A stretch of DNA of 64,000 nt from Alphaproteobacteria bacterium (GTDB lineage: Bacteria; Pseudomonadota; Alphaproteobacteria; Bin95): contig CAXXWS020000001.1 in the NCBI GenBank assembly GCA_963665325.3, forward strand, positions 32,001-96,000, written 5' to 3'. The translations under genes were made by a program, and so were the position numbers. Positions 1-9,057 of the stretch are shown here, piece by piece; the stretch's first letter is position 1; every line of letters begins with the position of its first letter. Under the pieces are notes generated by a model. That model was not told where the DNA came from. It was given only the letters and a program-made list of their open reading frames with translations, and searched no databases.

Positions 1-803
1 GCGTCCTTGATCGGTGTCGCCGAGATCGCAAGCGCCATCGCCATGACGTAGAGGAACAGGAAGGCGATCGGCTCGACCTGGACGAGCACGTTGCTCAGCA
101 ATTCCCGGAACGATATGAAGGCCCGTTCGACCTCGACGATGGCATCGAGGTCGAACGCCATGGGGCGGATGGCGAGCAGCGCCTCGGCCTCTTCGACCAG
201 TCGCCGCGAGGCCGCCTCGTTGCGCTTCCAGTCGTGGCCGAACTGCAGCGCGACCTTGGCAAGCGCGAGACCGCCGAGGCCGAACAGGATGCAGGAATAG
301 ACATTGTAGGTGCGATAGCCGTTCCGCAAATCCCGCTCGACGCCTTCGGGATCCGCGGGGTCGCCGGCGTTGGATGGGGCGTTGTCCTCGTCGGTATCGA
401 CCGTGTCGTCGGCTTTTGCTGGCGGCGCGTCGTTCTCCTCGCGGGACCGGTCGTTGTTCCCGCCCGGTTTGCTTTTGCTCTTCGAGTACACGTGGACGCC
501 GCCATAGACACCGGCAAACCAGAGGATGACTAGGGCGAACGCCGGACCGTCGGCATGGTAGAGCGGGACGTCCGGGCAAAAGACGATCACGATGCCCACC
601 GCCCCGGCCGCCATGGCCAAAACCGCGAACTCGGCGAACAAGCCGCTATAGGGGTGCGGCGACAACTTGCCGCCGATGCGGACCGAATGGCGTTCGCGCC
701 AGGTACCCCCGCCCAACAGGTAGCCGGCCCCCAGCGCGAGCGCGCCTACGCCGAACAGCAGGAGCGTGGGGAAGACCTCATCCCAAAGGGGAACCTGAAA
801 CAT
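1..803 (-). CDS. Hypothetical multi-pass membrane protein, runs off the left edge (partial)
   Basis: Not in the ORF track. Manual translation from ATG at 803: MFQVPLWDEVFPTLLLFGVGALALGAGYLL..., several hydrophobic segments and an acidic loop (DDTVDTDEDNAPS); open to position 1. Confidence 0.6.
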   Translation of the reverse strand, partial: MFQVPLWDEVFPTLLLFGVGALALGAGYLLGGGTWRERHSVRIGGKLSPHPYSGLFAEFAVLAMAAGAVGIVIVFCPDVPLYHADGPAFALVILWFAGVYGGVHVYSKSKSKPGGNNDRSREENDAPPAKADDTVDTDEDNAPSNAGDPADPEGVERDLRNGYRTYNVYSCILFGLGGLALAKVALQFGHDWKRNEAASRRLVEEAEALLAIRPMAFDLDAIVEVERAFISFRELLSNVLVQVEPIAFLFLYVMAMALAISATPIKD

Positions 804-1165
804 TCGGCGGAACGCTATCGCGGCGGAGATGCCGGCTGGCGTGGCGGCGTTCTTCGCGGCCGGATGCCGGTCGTGGCGGCACTGATTTTCCTGGACGAAT
901 CCATGACGTAGCCCTTACCCCGGAAGGACGCGCGAAGCCCTTCACCCATCTCGCTGAGGGCGGTTCCGATGCCCATCGCCGCGCCGGACTATTCAACCCG
1001 TTCGACCGCGGGGGATCAACTTGTGGTGGCGAGCGGTCGTTCCGGACGGCTGCCCGGCATCGCTACGCTCCGCCGGCCATCCAGCTTGGGCGACAAACCG
1101 GCATGCACCAGCATTCGAGCCGGACCAACCAGTGGGGGCTGGTCACGCCGGCGGGAGCCGATTTG

Positions 1166-1906
1166 CTATGCCGACGCAGCGCCCATCAGGTCCTGGCGCG
1201 CCTTCTCCAGATGCTCGTTGATGTGCTTGATCGCAGAGATCATGTCCCGGTGTTCGATCGCTTCGAACACGGCACGATGCTGGCGGTTGTATTCGTCGAT
1301 CTCTTCCGGAGACAGGATCTTGTTTCTCATGGCGACCCACTGGTCGTGGCCGCGAACCGCGTTGATCTGCTGGTAGAGGTGGAGCAGCAGGGGATTCTTG
1401 GAGCTCCTGGCAAGCCATTCGTGGAACATGCTGTCGTGCCGGGTAAAGGCTTCCTTGTCGTTCCGGCACTGCTCGAGATCTTCCAGTATCGATCCCAGCA
1501 TCTTGATTTCGTTGCCGGTCGCGTTGAGCACTGCCAGACGGATCATGTGCGGCTCGACCGCCAGGCGTGCTTCGATCAGCTCCAGCGGGCTGACGCGGCT
1601 GACGATGTCTTGTGCGGCGCTCATCGACATGTCGTCGCTCTTGACGAACGTGCCGCTGCCGACCCGTCGTTCGATCAGTCCGTCGGTCTCCAGATTGAGC
1701 AGAACCTTGCGGATGGTGCTGCGCGCGGTGTCGAAACGCTCGGCGAGTTCACGCTCGGCGGGCAGCTGGTCTCCGTTCACGTAGAATCCGTTGCGAATGG
1801 CCTCGCGCAACTGGGCCGTGATTTGGCCGACATGGCGGCCGCGCTCCCCTTGGCCCGGTCCGGGAACCGGCTGGAATTCCTGTGCGGACCCGCGTGTGTC
1901 GTCCAT
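1166..1906 (-). CDS. GntR/FadR-family transcriptional regulator (candidate TmoR-like repressor of the island)
   Basis: wHTH LPAERELAERFDTARSTIRKVL...GSGTFV plus FCD domain (D..FH..LARSSKNPLL, H..VFEAI). GGGAGG RBS before ATG 1906. Divergent from gmaS. Confidence 0.9.
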   Translation of the reverse strand: MDDTRGSAQEFQPVPGPGQGERGRHVGQITAQLREAIRNGFYVNGDQLPAERELAERFDTARSTIRKVLLNLETDGLIERRVGSGTFVKSDDMSMSAAQDIVSRVSPLELIEARLAVEPHMIRLAVLNATGNEIKMLGSILEDLEQCRNDKEAFTRHDSMFHEWLARSSKNPLLLHLYQQINAVRGHDQWVAMRNKILSPEEIDEYNRQHRAVFEAIEHRDMISAIKHINEHLEKARQDLMGAASA

Positions 1907-1949
1907 GACGGCACCCTCCCGAATTGACCCAAAACGCCACCGCCGGGCT

Positions 1950-2145
1950 AATTGGTTGACATTGGCACTATTGGTTTGCAATTGGTCACGAAGCAGTACA
2001 AAATAGAAATCGTTCAGTCCGGCCGTGTTGTCGGTCTGAAACGGTTGTCAAACTCGCAAATGCCAATGACACCATGGTCCTTCGATGCCTACTATGCTAG
2101 CCAACGCCATTCGTTCGGGGCAAGTGTAATGGTTCGTATTGGTCA
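1950..2145. promoter_or_regulatory. Divergent gntR/gmaS promoter with ~10-bp-phased ATTGGT repeats (putative GntR operator)
   Basis: ATTGG(T/C) at 1951, 1961, 1970, 1981; AATGGT 2128 and ATTGGT 2138. Confidence 0.6.
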
Positions 2146-2205
2146 CGTCAACGGCCCGAGCGATGCGACAAGCTTTGGGAAATCGCGCGAGGAGGGGACG
2201 ACGAT

Positions 2206-3675
2206 ATGATGGATATCGAGGCCTTTGTGCAACAGGACGGCCGCGACGAATTGGTCAGGCGGGTGCGCGAGATGATCGACGAGAAGGGGGTCCAGTACCT
2301 GTATCTCCAGTTCGTGTCGATCACCGGCCGGATATGCGGCAAGGGCATTCCGGCGGACCACTGGGAAACGGTGGCCGAACGAGGCTTCCAGCTGGTCTAC
2401 GGCGCGACCGTCAACCTGTTCCTGAACAGACATGGCGAATATCTGGGCTATGGACCGCAGGAAAAGGAGCTGGTCGGCATTCCGGAGCCCGAAACATTCT
2501 GCCAGCTGGCCTGGGACAAGCGGGTCGCCCGGATCTGGTGCACCCTGTTTCGCAACCGGGAAGAACGTGAGAATCCCGGCGCCTTCCTGACCTCCGACGG
2601 CCGCGGCAATTTGCGCCGCATCCACGCGCAATTCCAAGAAGACCATGACGGCCTGCATCTGCGCCACGGCACCGAGCCGGAGATGATGTGGCTGAAACGG
2701 GACGAGGACGGCAAGCCCGACGGCGGCTTCTCCAAGCCCTATTGCTACCATATCGACCAGTTCGAGAGCCTGCGTCCCGTCTATATGCGGGTGATCGAAT
2801 ATTCGCGGGCGATGGGACTGGACATGATCCAGGGGGATCACGAGGACGCGCCCGGCCAGCTCGAACTCAACTTCACCTTCGACGACGCGCTGCGCACCGC
2901 CGACCGGCTGACGACCTACCGCCAGATCTGCGCCCAGGTCGCACGCGAGTTCAACCTGATCGCCTGCTTCATGACGAAGCCGTTCATGGGCGTGTCGGCT
3001 TCGGGTTGCCACCACAATATTTCGCTGTGGCGCGGCGGCGAGGAGGTGGTGAAGCCCCTCGGCAACGATCCGTTGCCGGGCATGGAGAACAATTTTACCT
3101 ATCTGAGGGGCGGCGAGAACACCTTCATGCCCGATACCGACGATGTGCAGCTGCCCGGCAAGGTGGGCCTGCAGGTGGTCGGCGGCATCGTCAAGCATCT
3201 GGGCGCGCTGACGGCTATCGGCGCATCCACCGTCAACTCCTATCGCCGGCTATGGGATACCGGCTTCTGGGCGCCGGTCTTCGCGGACTGGGGCTACCAG
3301 AACCGCACGACCGGGCTGCGCATATCCGCGCCGGGCCGCTTCGAATACCGGTCGGTGGATTCGATGGTAAACCCGTATCTGATGGCAGGCGCGATCCTCA
3401 AGGCGGCCGATGACGGCATCAATAACGACATCGACCCGGGCCCGCCGGAAGACCGCAACATTTACCAGGCCATGGAGGCCGGCAAGCAGGTCAAGAAACT
3501 GCCCATGACGCTCGGCGCCGCACTGGATGCGCTTGCCGAGGACGAGGTGATCCAGTCCGCCATGCCGGGCGACATGTACCGCCTGTACGAGGAGTACAAG
3601 CGGGACGAGTGGGAGCGTTTCCTGCACACCACGACCGAGTGGGACATGGACACCTATCTGAATTGCCTGCCTTAG
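2206..3675 (+). CDS. gmaS: Gamma-glutamylmethylamide synthetase (glutamine synthetase family)
   Basis: GS motifs GTEPEM, HEDAPGQLELNF, KPFMGVSASGCHHNISLW, NRT, FEYRSVD; first gene of an operon with mgsABC. Confidence 0.85.
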   Translation: MMDIEAFVQQDGRDELVRRVREMIDEKGVQYLYLQFVSITGRICGKGIPADHWETVAERGFQLVYGATVNLFLNRHGEYLGYGPQEKELVGIPEPETFCQLAWDKRVARIWCTLFRNREERENPGAFLTSDGRGNLRRIHAQFQEDHDGLHLRHGTEPEMMWLKRDEDGKPDGGFSKPYCYHIDQFESLRPVYMRVIEYSRAMGLDMIQGDHEDAPGQLELNFTFDDALRTADRLTTYRQICAQVAREFNLIACFMTKPFMGVSASGCHHNISLWRGGEEVVKPLGNDPLPGMENNFTYLRGGENTFMPDTDDVQLPGKVGLQVVGGIVKHLGALTAIGASTVNSYRRLWDTGFWAPVFADWGYQNRTTGLRISAPGRFEYRSVDSMVNPYLMAGAILKAADDGINNDIDPGPPEDRNIYQAMEAGKQVKKLPMTLGAALDALAEDEVIQSAMPGDMYRLYEEYKRDEWERFLHTTTEWDMDTYLNCLP

Positions 3676-3703
3676 GGTCAGCGCTGGAAGGGAGAGACAT
3701 TCT

Positions 3704-4639
3704 ATGTGCGGTATTGCAGGACTGATCTACCGCGATGGCGCCCGCAATATCGGCGGGGAAATGACCGCCATGCTGCAGGCGCTGAAGCATCGCGGCCCGG
3801 ATTCGACCGGGTTCGCGGTCTATGGCGAGCCCGGACCGAACGAGTACATCTTGCGGTTCAAGGTGGCCGAGCAGGAAGACTTGGGCCGCGGGAGGAAAAT
3901 CCGCCGGGCGATCGCCGAACGTAAGGCGGCGGTCGACGAGTTGCTGGAGGAACTCGGCGTAGCCGTCCTCGATTTGGACGGGCCGACGGAATATGCGAGC
4001 CGTTATCGCATCTCCTACGACGGCGACATGAAGGACCTTGCCGACCAGATGGAGGAGATCGAGGGTACGGAGATCCTGTCGATCGGCAACGCCCTGGAAC
4101 TGGTCAAGGATCTGGGCGACGCGGCCGACGTGTCCGGCGCTTACGACCTCGGCGGGTTCAGGGGAACTCACGGCATCGGCCATACGAGGATGGCCACCGA
4201 GTCGGATGTCGATATTCGTTCCGCCCACCCTTACTGGGCCTATCCGTATAACGACATCGCGGTCGTCCACAACGGCCAGATCACCAACTACTGGCTGATG
4301 CGCCGGCAGCTCGAGCGCAGCGGACAGCGCTTCGTCAGCAACTGCGATTCGGAACTTCTGGCGGTCTACACTGCGGTCAATCTCGAAAGGGGCATGACCC
4401 TGGAGGACTCCCTTCAGAGGTCGATCCACGAGATCGACGGGGTATTCACCTATCTGATCACCACGCGGAACGAACTCGGCATGGCCAAGGACACCATGGC
4501 CGCGAAGCCGATGGTTCTCTACGAGGCGGATGACATGGTGGCGCTGGCTTCCGAGGAAGTCGCGATCAGGGCGATCATCCCGCACGAGATCGACACCACC
4601 GACCCGTATGACGAGGAGGTCCGGGTATGGCAGGCGTGA
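3704..4639 (+). CDS. mgsA: N-methylglutamate synthase subunit A (class II glutamine amidotransferase)
   Basis: MCGIAG Ntn start, HRGPDSTG, GHTRMATES, VHNGQITN, DSE. Confidence 0.85.
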   Translation: MCGIAGLIYRDGARNIGGEMTAMLQALKHRGPDSTGFAVYGEPGPNEYILRFKVAEQEDLGRGRKIRRAIAERKAAVDELLEELGVAVLDLDGPTEYASRYRISYDGDMKDLADQMEEIEGTEILSIGNALELVKDLGDAADVSGAYDLGGFRGTHGIGHTRMATESDVDIRSAHPYWAYPYNDIAVVHNGQITNYWLMRRQLERSGQRFVSNCDSELLAVYTAVNLERGMTLEDSLQRSIHEIDGVFTYLITTRNELGMAKDTMAAKPMVLYEADDMVALASEEVAIRAIIPHEIDTTDPYDEEVRVWQA

Positions 4640-5469
4640 GCGACTCCGTCTCCACACAGATGGGCATGCATACCGAGCCCCTGACGGGCCGGGACATCAA
4701 GACCAAGTTCACGCTCCGGAACGAGGGCGGTTTCGCTTACCACTTCGCGCGGGATGTCGACTTCAACCGGCGCGCCGAAATCGACTGCGCCGAGCTGGAG
4801 CCGTCGGAAATCAACCGGAAGATACGTGACCTGATGGATGCCGGTCACGGCAGCATCGTGCTCAGGAATCCGGGCGCGAAACATTCTCTGATCGTCGGCA
4901 TCCTCAACCGGATGAACATCATTGTCGAAGGCAGCCTGGGTTATTTCGGCTGCGGCCTGCTCGACGGGCCGAATGTCCGGATTTCCGGCCGGGTCGGCTG
5001 GTCGTTCGGCGAGAACATGATGGCCGGGGTATGCGTGATCGAGAAGAACGCCGGCTCCACGTTCGGGGCGGCGCTGCGCGGAGGCGATCTGGTGTGCAAG
5101 GGCTCGGTCGGCTCGCGCACCGGAATCGACCAGAAGGGCGGCACCATCATCGTCGGCGGCGATACCGGCGCGTTTTCCGGATTCATGATGCAGCGCGGGC
5201 GCATCGTGGTCTGCGGCAATGCTGGAAAGAACCTCGGCGACTCGATGTATGACGGCACCATCTATATCGGCGGCGAGATCCAGGACCTGGGCGTCGATGC
5301 GGTCCCGGCGGAGCTGACCGACCTCGACCGCGCCTGGCTGACCCGCAAGCTGACCATGTACGAATTGCTGCCCGAGAACGGCGTCGATCACTTCACCAAG
5401 ATCGTCGCCGGCAAGCAGCTCTGGAGCTACGACAATCTCGAACCGACGGAGAAGAAGCTGGTCCTCTAG
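4627..5469 (+). CDS. mgsB: N-methylglutamate synthase subunit B (GXGXG / GltB domain 3)
   Basis: Gly-rich beta-helix repeats (GENMMAG, GAALRGG, GIDQKGG, GFMMQRG, GDSMYDG); overlaps mgsA. Confidence 0.85.
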   Translation: MAGVSDSVSTQMGMHTEPLTGRDIKTKFTLRNEGGFAYHFARDVDFNRRAEIDCAELEPSEINRKIRDLMDAGHGSIVLRNPGAKHSLIVGILNRMNIIVEGSLGYFGCGLLDGPNVRISGRVGWSFGENMMAGVCVIEKNAGSTFGAALRGGDLVCKGSVGSRTGIDQKGGTIIVGGDTGAFSGFMMQRGRIVVCGNAGKNLGDSMYDGTIYIGGEIQDLGVDAVPAELTDLDRAWLTRKLTMYELLPENGVDHFTKIVAGKQLWSYDNLEPTEKKLVL

Positions 5470-5517
5470 GCAGGGCCCGCTTTGCGAATCGCCGTCGAAC
5501 CGCAGGAAGAGACCGAT

Positions 5518-6894
5518 ATGCTGGACGATCCGACCCCGGGCGACACCGGCCATTCCAAGCTGGAAGTCGAGGAAAAGTACATTCTTGGCAAGAGCCGGAT
5601 TTTCACGCCGGAAGTCATCAACGACATCCATGTGAAGTCGGAGCTCGGCCGCTACCGGATGCGCGGGTTCTCGCTGTTCAAGAAGATTCCGCACTGGGAC
5701 GACCTGACCTTCCTGCCCGGTACGCTGACGCGTTTCGTGATCGAGGGCTATCGCGAGAAGTGCGAGACCAGGACGGTGATCGGCCCGCGCGCGAAGCGGC
5801 CGCTGGAACTGGACATTCCGGTCTACATAACCGGCATGAGCTTCGGCGCACTCTCGTTCGAGGCCAAGACGGCGCTCGCCCGCGGCGCCACCATGGCCGG
5901 CACCGCCACCTGTTCCGGCGAAGGCGGCATGATCCCCGACGAACGGCGCTATTCGTCCAAATGGTTCTACCAGTGCATCCAGTCGCGCTACGGCTTCAAC
6001 CCGCACCATCTGCTGCTGGCGGACGGGTGCGAATTCTTCATCGGCCAGGGCTGCAAGGTCGGGCTCGGAGGCCATCTAATGGGCCAGAAGGTGACCGACC
6101 AGGTGGCGGAGATGCGCTCGCTGCCTGCCGGTATCGACCAGCGCTCGCCGGCTCGCCATCCCGACTGGCTGGGGCCGGACGACCTGGCCTTGAAGATCCT
6201 GGAAATCAGGGAAGCCACCGACTGGCAGATTCCGATCCAGCTCAAGCTCGGCGCTGCACGCGTGTATGACGATGTTCGCATGGCGGTGAAGTGCGATCCG
6301 GATTCGATCTATATCGACGGCATGGAAGGCGGCACCGGCGCCGGTCCGCATCTGGCGACCGAGGAGACCGGCGTGCCGGGCATCGCCGCGATCCGGCAGG
6401 CCCGGCGGGCAATCGACGATCTCGGCAAACGGGGCGAGATTTCGCTGGTCTATGCCGGCGGCATTCGCAATGGCGGCGATGTGGCCAAGGCGCTCGCGCT
6501 TGGCGCGGACGCTATCGCGATCGGCCATTCGGCGCTGATGGCCCTCAACTGCAACAAGGACATTCCCGAAGCCGACTACCCGTCGGAGATGGGGGTTCGG
6601 CCCGGCGCTTGCTATCACTGCCACACCGGCCGCTGCCCGGTCGGCGTCGCCACCCAGGATCCGGATTTGCGCAGGCGGCTCAATCCGGACGAGGCGGCGG
6701 AGCGCGTCTACAACTTCCTGCACACGCTGACCATGGAAGCGCAGATGATGGCCCGTGCCTGCGGCAAGACCGACATCCACAGCCTCGAGCCCGAAGACCT
6801 GGCCGCGCTGACGATGGAAGCTTCCGCAATCGCGCAGGTTCCGCTTGCCGGCACCGACTACACAATCGGTGTCAAAGATTATCACCACATCTAG
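5518..6894 (+). CDS. mgsC: N-methylglutamate synthase subunit C (FMN-binding glutamate synthase family)
   Basis: GMSFGALS, SGEGGM, GQGCKVGLGGHL, DGMEGGTGA, GGIRNGGDVAKALALGAD, Cys cluster CYHCHTGRCPVGVATQD. Confidence 0.88.
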   Translation: MLDDPTPGDTGHSKLEVEEKYILGKSRIFTPEVINDIHVKSELGRYRMRGFSLFKKIPHWDDLTFLPGTLTRFVIEGYREKCETRTVIGPRAKRPLELDIPVYITGMSFGALSFEAKTALARGATMAGTATCSGEGGMIPDERRYSSKWFYQCIQSRYGFNPHHLLLADGCEFFIGQGCKVGLGGHLMGQKVTDQVAEMRSLPAGIDQRSPARHPDWLGPDDLALKILEIREATDWQIPIQLKLGAARVYDDVRMAVKCDPDSIYIDGMEGGTGAGPHLATEETGVPGIAAIRQARRAIDDLGKRGEISLVYAGGIRNGGDVAKALALGADAIAIGHSALMALNCNKDIPEADYPSEMGVRPGACYHCHTGRCPVGVATQDPDLRRRLNPDEAAERVYNFLHTLTMEAQMMARACGKTDIHSLEPEDLAALTMEASAIAQVPLAGTDYTIGVKDYHHI

Positions 6895-6911
6895 ACGGAA
6901 GGGCTCGCAAG

Positions 6912-7322
6912 ATGGCCGGATCCGGATACAAGGGCGCCAAGATCGACGATGTCGATCATTTCCTGAAAGGCGGCGGGCTCGATTCAGAGCGCGAGCAGAC
7001 CATCGGGCAGCACATCGGCTACCGCTACGATGTCAACCTGCTACCCGACTACGACAGGCTTACCCCGTTTCTGAGGGACTATCTGGAGTTCATGGGCTGG
7101 GATGACCTGAATTGGCTGGAAGATGTCCATATGGGCTATGACGACGGTCAGGCTGCGGTGTTCGACAGGAACATCAACGGCTGGGTCGCGATCCCCGAGG
7201 ACATGGATTTACCGGACAACCAGCAGGACCGGGACATGATCGCCAGGGAAATGCTGATCAAGTTCCAGATGTCGCCCGACCATCCGATGGTGGACCTGTA
7301 CAAGGCGTATCGGAAGTTCTGA
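6912..7322 (+). CDS. Hypothetical acidic protein (136 aa), last gene of the gmaS-mgs operon
   Basis: C-terminal part of the 343-aa track ORF; ATG 17 bp after the mgsC stop; protein-like composition (MAGSGYKGAKIDDVDHFLKGG...). Confidence 0.75.
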   Translation: MAGSGYKGAKIDDVDHFLKGGGLDSEREQTIGQHIGYRYDVNLLPDYDRLTPFLRDYLEFMGWDDLNWLEDVHMGYDDGQAAVFDRNINGWVAIPEDMDLPDNQQDRDMIAREMLIKFQMSPDHPMVDLYKAYRKF

Positions 7323-7326
7323 GGCT

Positions 7327-7887
7327 TCAGTCGGCCCGGACCAGGAGCGAGAGGGCTGCCGTCCAGTCCGGTTTGAAACCCAGAATGCGCACACCGTCCG
7401 ACAGCTGGGTGTTGAACAGCCGGTTGTGCCACAGCGTGTTGCGGTACGCCGGCTCCTCGGGCGCCATCTCGCGCACGGCCGAGGGCAGTCGGTAGGACTG
7501 GCCGAACTGCCGGAACTCCAGCCGACAGGCCCCAAGCTCCGCCAACAGGGCCGCAAGCCGGGACTCCGACAGGAAGAGGGCGGTCAGCTCGTCCGAGAAC
7601 CAGTTGGCCCGTTGGTAGTGGGTCGATTGCAGGAAGGTGAGGCCTTTCTGGTAGACCTCGTTGGGGTCGTGGTTTTTCCGGACCTGGAATTCGAAAAAGT
7701 CCGAGCTTTCCGACGGGTCGCTGCGGACCAGCAGGACGATCGTGCCTTCGGAGAGGGTGCGGCCATCGGGAGACAGGATCACCGGCCGCATCCCCTCGGA
7801 CGGTCGCCCGCCATCCTCGCGCATGGCGATCTGGCGCAGCCGGCACTGCCAGATGAGGAACTGTTGGCGCAGGGTTTCCGGGGTCAC
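7327..7887 (-). CDS. Hypothetical protein (186 aa)
   Basis: Fills the gap between convergent genes; protein-like composition (FLIWQCRLRQIAMREDGGRPSEGMRP). Confidence 0.7.
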   Translation of the reverse strand: MTPETLRQQFLIWQCRLRQIAMREDGGRPSEGMRPVILSPDGRTLSEGTIVLLVRSDPSESSDFFEFQVRKNHDPNEVYQKGLTFLQSTHYQRANWFSDELTALFLSESRLAALLAELGACRLEFRQFGQSYRLPSAVREMAPEEPAYRNTLWHNRLFNTQLSDGVRILGFKPDWTAALSLLVRAD

Positions 7888-7944
7888 GATGCTCGCCCTG
7901 TCTCGTTTGCGGGCAGCGACGTTAGCAAGGCGGCAGACGGGTTG

Positions 7945-8916
7945 CTAGACGCCGCGGCGCCACTGTCCCGGCGTCGTGCCACGACGCTGCTTGAGGTGCC
8001 GGCCCAAGTGGGACGCCGACTGGAATCCGCAGCCGACGGCGATTTCCGAAACGCTCATGCCGGTCTGCCGGAGCAGGCTGGCGGCGCGGTCGATCCGCAG
8101 ATCGAGATAGAACTGCCCCGGCGGCCGCCCGAGCCGGCTGCGGAACAGCCTCGTGAGCTGCCGGGCCGAAAGCCCGACCGCGGCGGCGATCCTGTCCAGG
8201 GACAAGGTGTCTTCGAGATTCCGTTCCATGAGCAGGATGGCCTCGGCGAGATGCGGGTTGCGGCCGGCCATGCGGATTGCGGCGGTCACATGCCGTTCCT
8301 GCCCGGCCTCGCGAATCCGGTCGTGGACGTAGTTTTCCGCCACTAGGGACGCGGTCTCTCCGCCATGGGCCTCCATGATGAAGGTCAGCATGAGGTCCAG
8401 GCTGGTGGTTCCCCCGGCGCAGCTGAACCGGTTGCGGTCGATCTCGTAGATCGAGGTGCGGATATCGAGATCGGGAAACCGCTCCCGGTAGCTGTCCAGG
8501 CATTTCCAGTGGATGGTCGAGCGATGACCGTCGAACAGTCCGGCGGCGGCGACCGGGAAGGCGCCGTCCGATATCGACCCGATCCGGGCGCCGCCGCCTG
8601 CGGCCTGCGCCAACGCTGCCGCAAGCGCCTGCGACTCGTAGTTGTGAGATCGTTCACCGCCGACAACGGCAATCAGATCGGGCGCCTCTCCGGCTCCGCG
8701 CCCTTTGACCAAAGATGCCGCCGGCAACCGGATATGGCTGGAAGAAGGGATCGGATCTCCAGCCGGAGGATCGCCCAGATCGGCGGTGAGGCGCCATTCA
8801 TAGGCGCTGCGGCCGAGCACCAGATTGGTTGCCCGCAGGGCATCGACCGCGCAGGACAGGGCGAGCAGCGAAAAGCCCGGAACCAGGGCGAACTCCACCC
8901 TAACCGGCTCTTCCAT
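7945..8916 (-). CDS. GlxA-family AraC transcriptional regulator (DJ-1/amidase-like + AraC)
   Basis: LVPGFSLLALSCAVDALRATN, TIHW, CAGGTTSLDLML, C-terminal AraC double HTH (SEIAVGCGFQSASHL). True start at 8916, not 9507. Confidence 0.9.
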   Translation of the reverse strand: MEEPVRVEFALVPGFSLLALSCAVDALRATNLVLGRSAYEWRLTADLGDPPAGDPIPSSSHIRLPAASLVKGRGAGEAPDLIAVVGGERSHNYESQALAAALAQAAGGGARIGSISDGAFPVAAAGLFDGHRSTIHWKCLDSYRERFPDLDIRTSIYEIDRNRFSCAGGTTSLDLMLTFIMEAHGGETASLVAENYVHDRIREAGQERHVTAAIRMAGRNPHLAEAILLMERNLEDTLSLDRIAAAVGLSARQLTRLFRSRLGRPPGQFYLDLRIDRAASLLRQTGMSVSEIAVGCGFQSASHLGRHLKQRRGTTPGQWRRGV

Positions 8917-9057
8917 CGCTTTCGACCTCCCGGGGAGCACAGCGCAATTCCGGCAAAATAGTATCTTTTTCTGTCTGCCAGGTTGTTTTTCTTGTGTGCC
9001 AAGGGACGCAGGATTCGATGACGCCGCTCTTCCAATCCTGTTCGAAAGGTATGCCCC

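Noticed and set aside
2206-3675. Housekeeping glutamine synthetase GlnA
   Set aside because: Divergent N-terminus and operon with mgsABC favour GmaS.
6291-6911. N-terminal 207 aa of the 343-aa ORF, or a frameshift fusion with mgsC
   Set aside because: Out-of-frame overlap with mgsC, which ends normally; only 6912-7322 looks coding.
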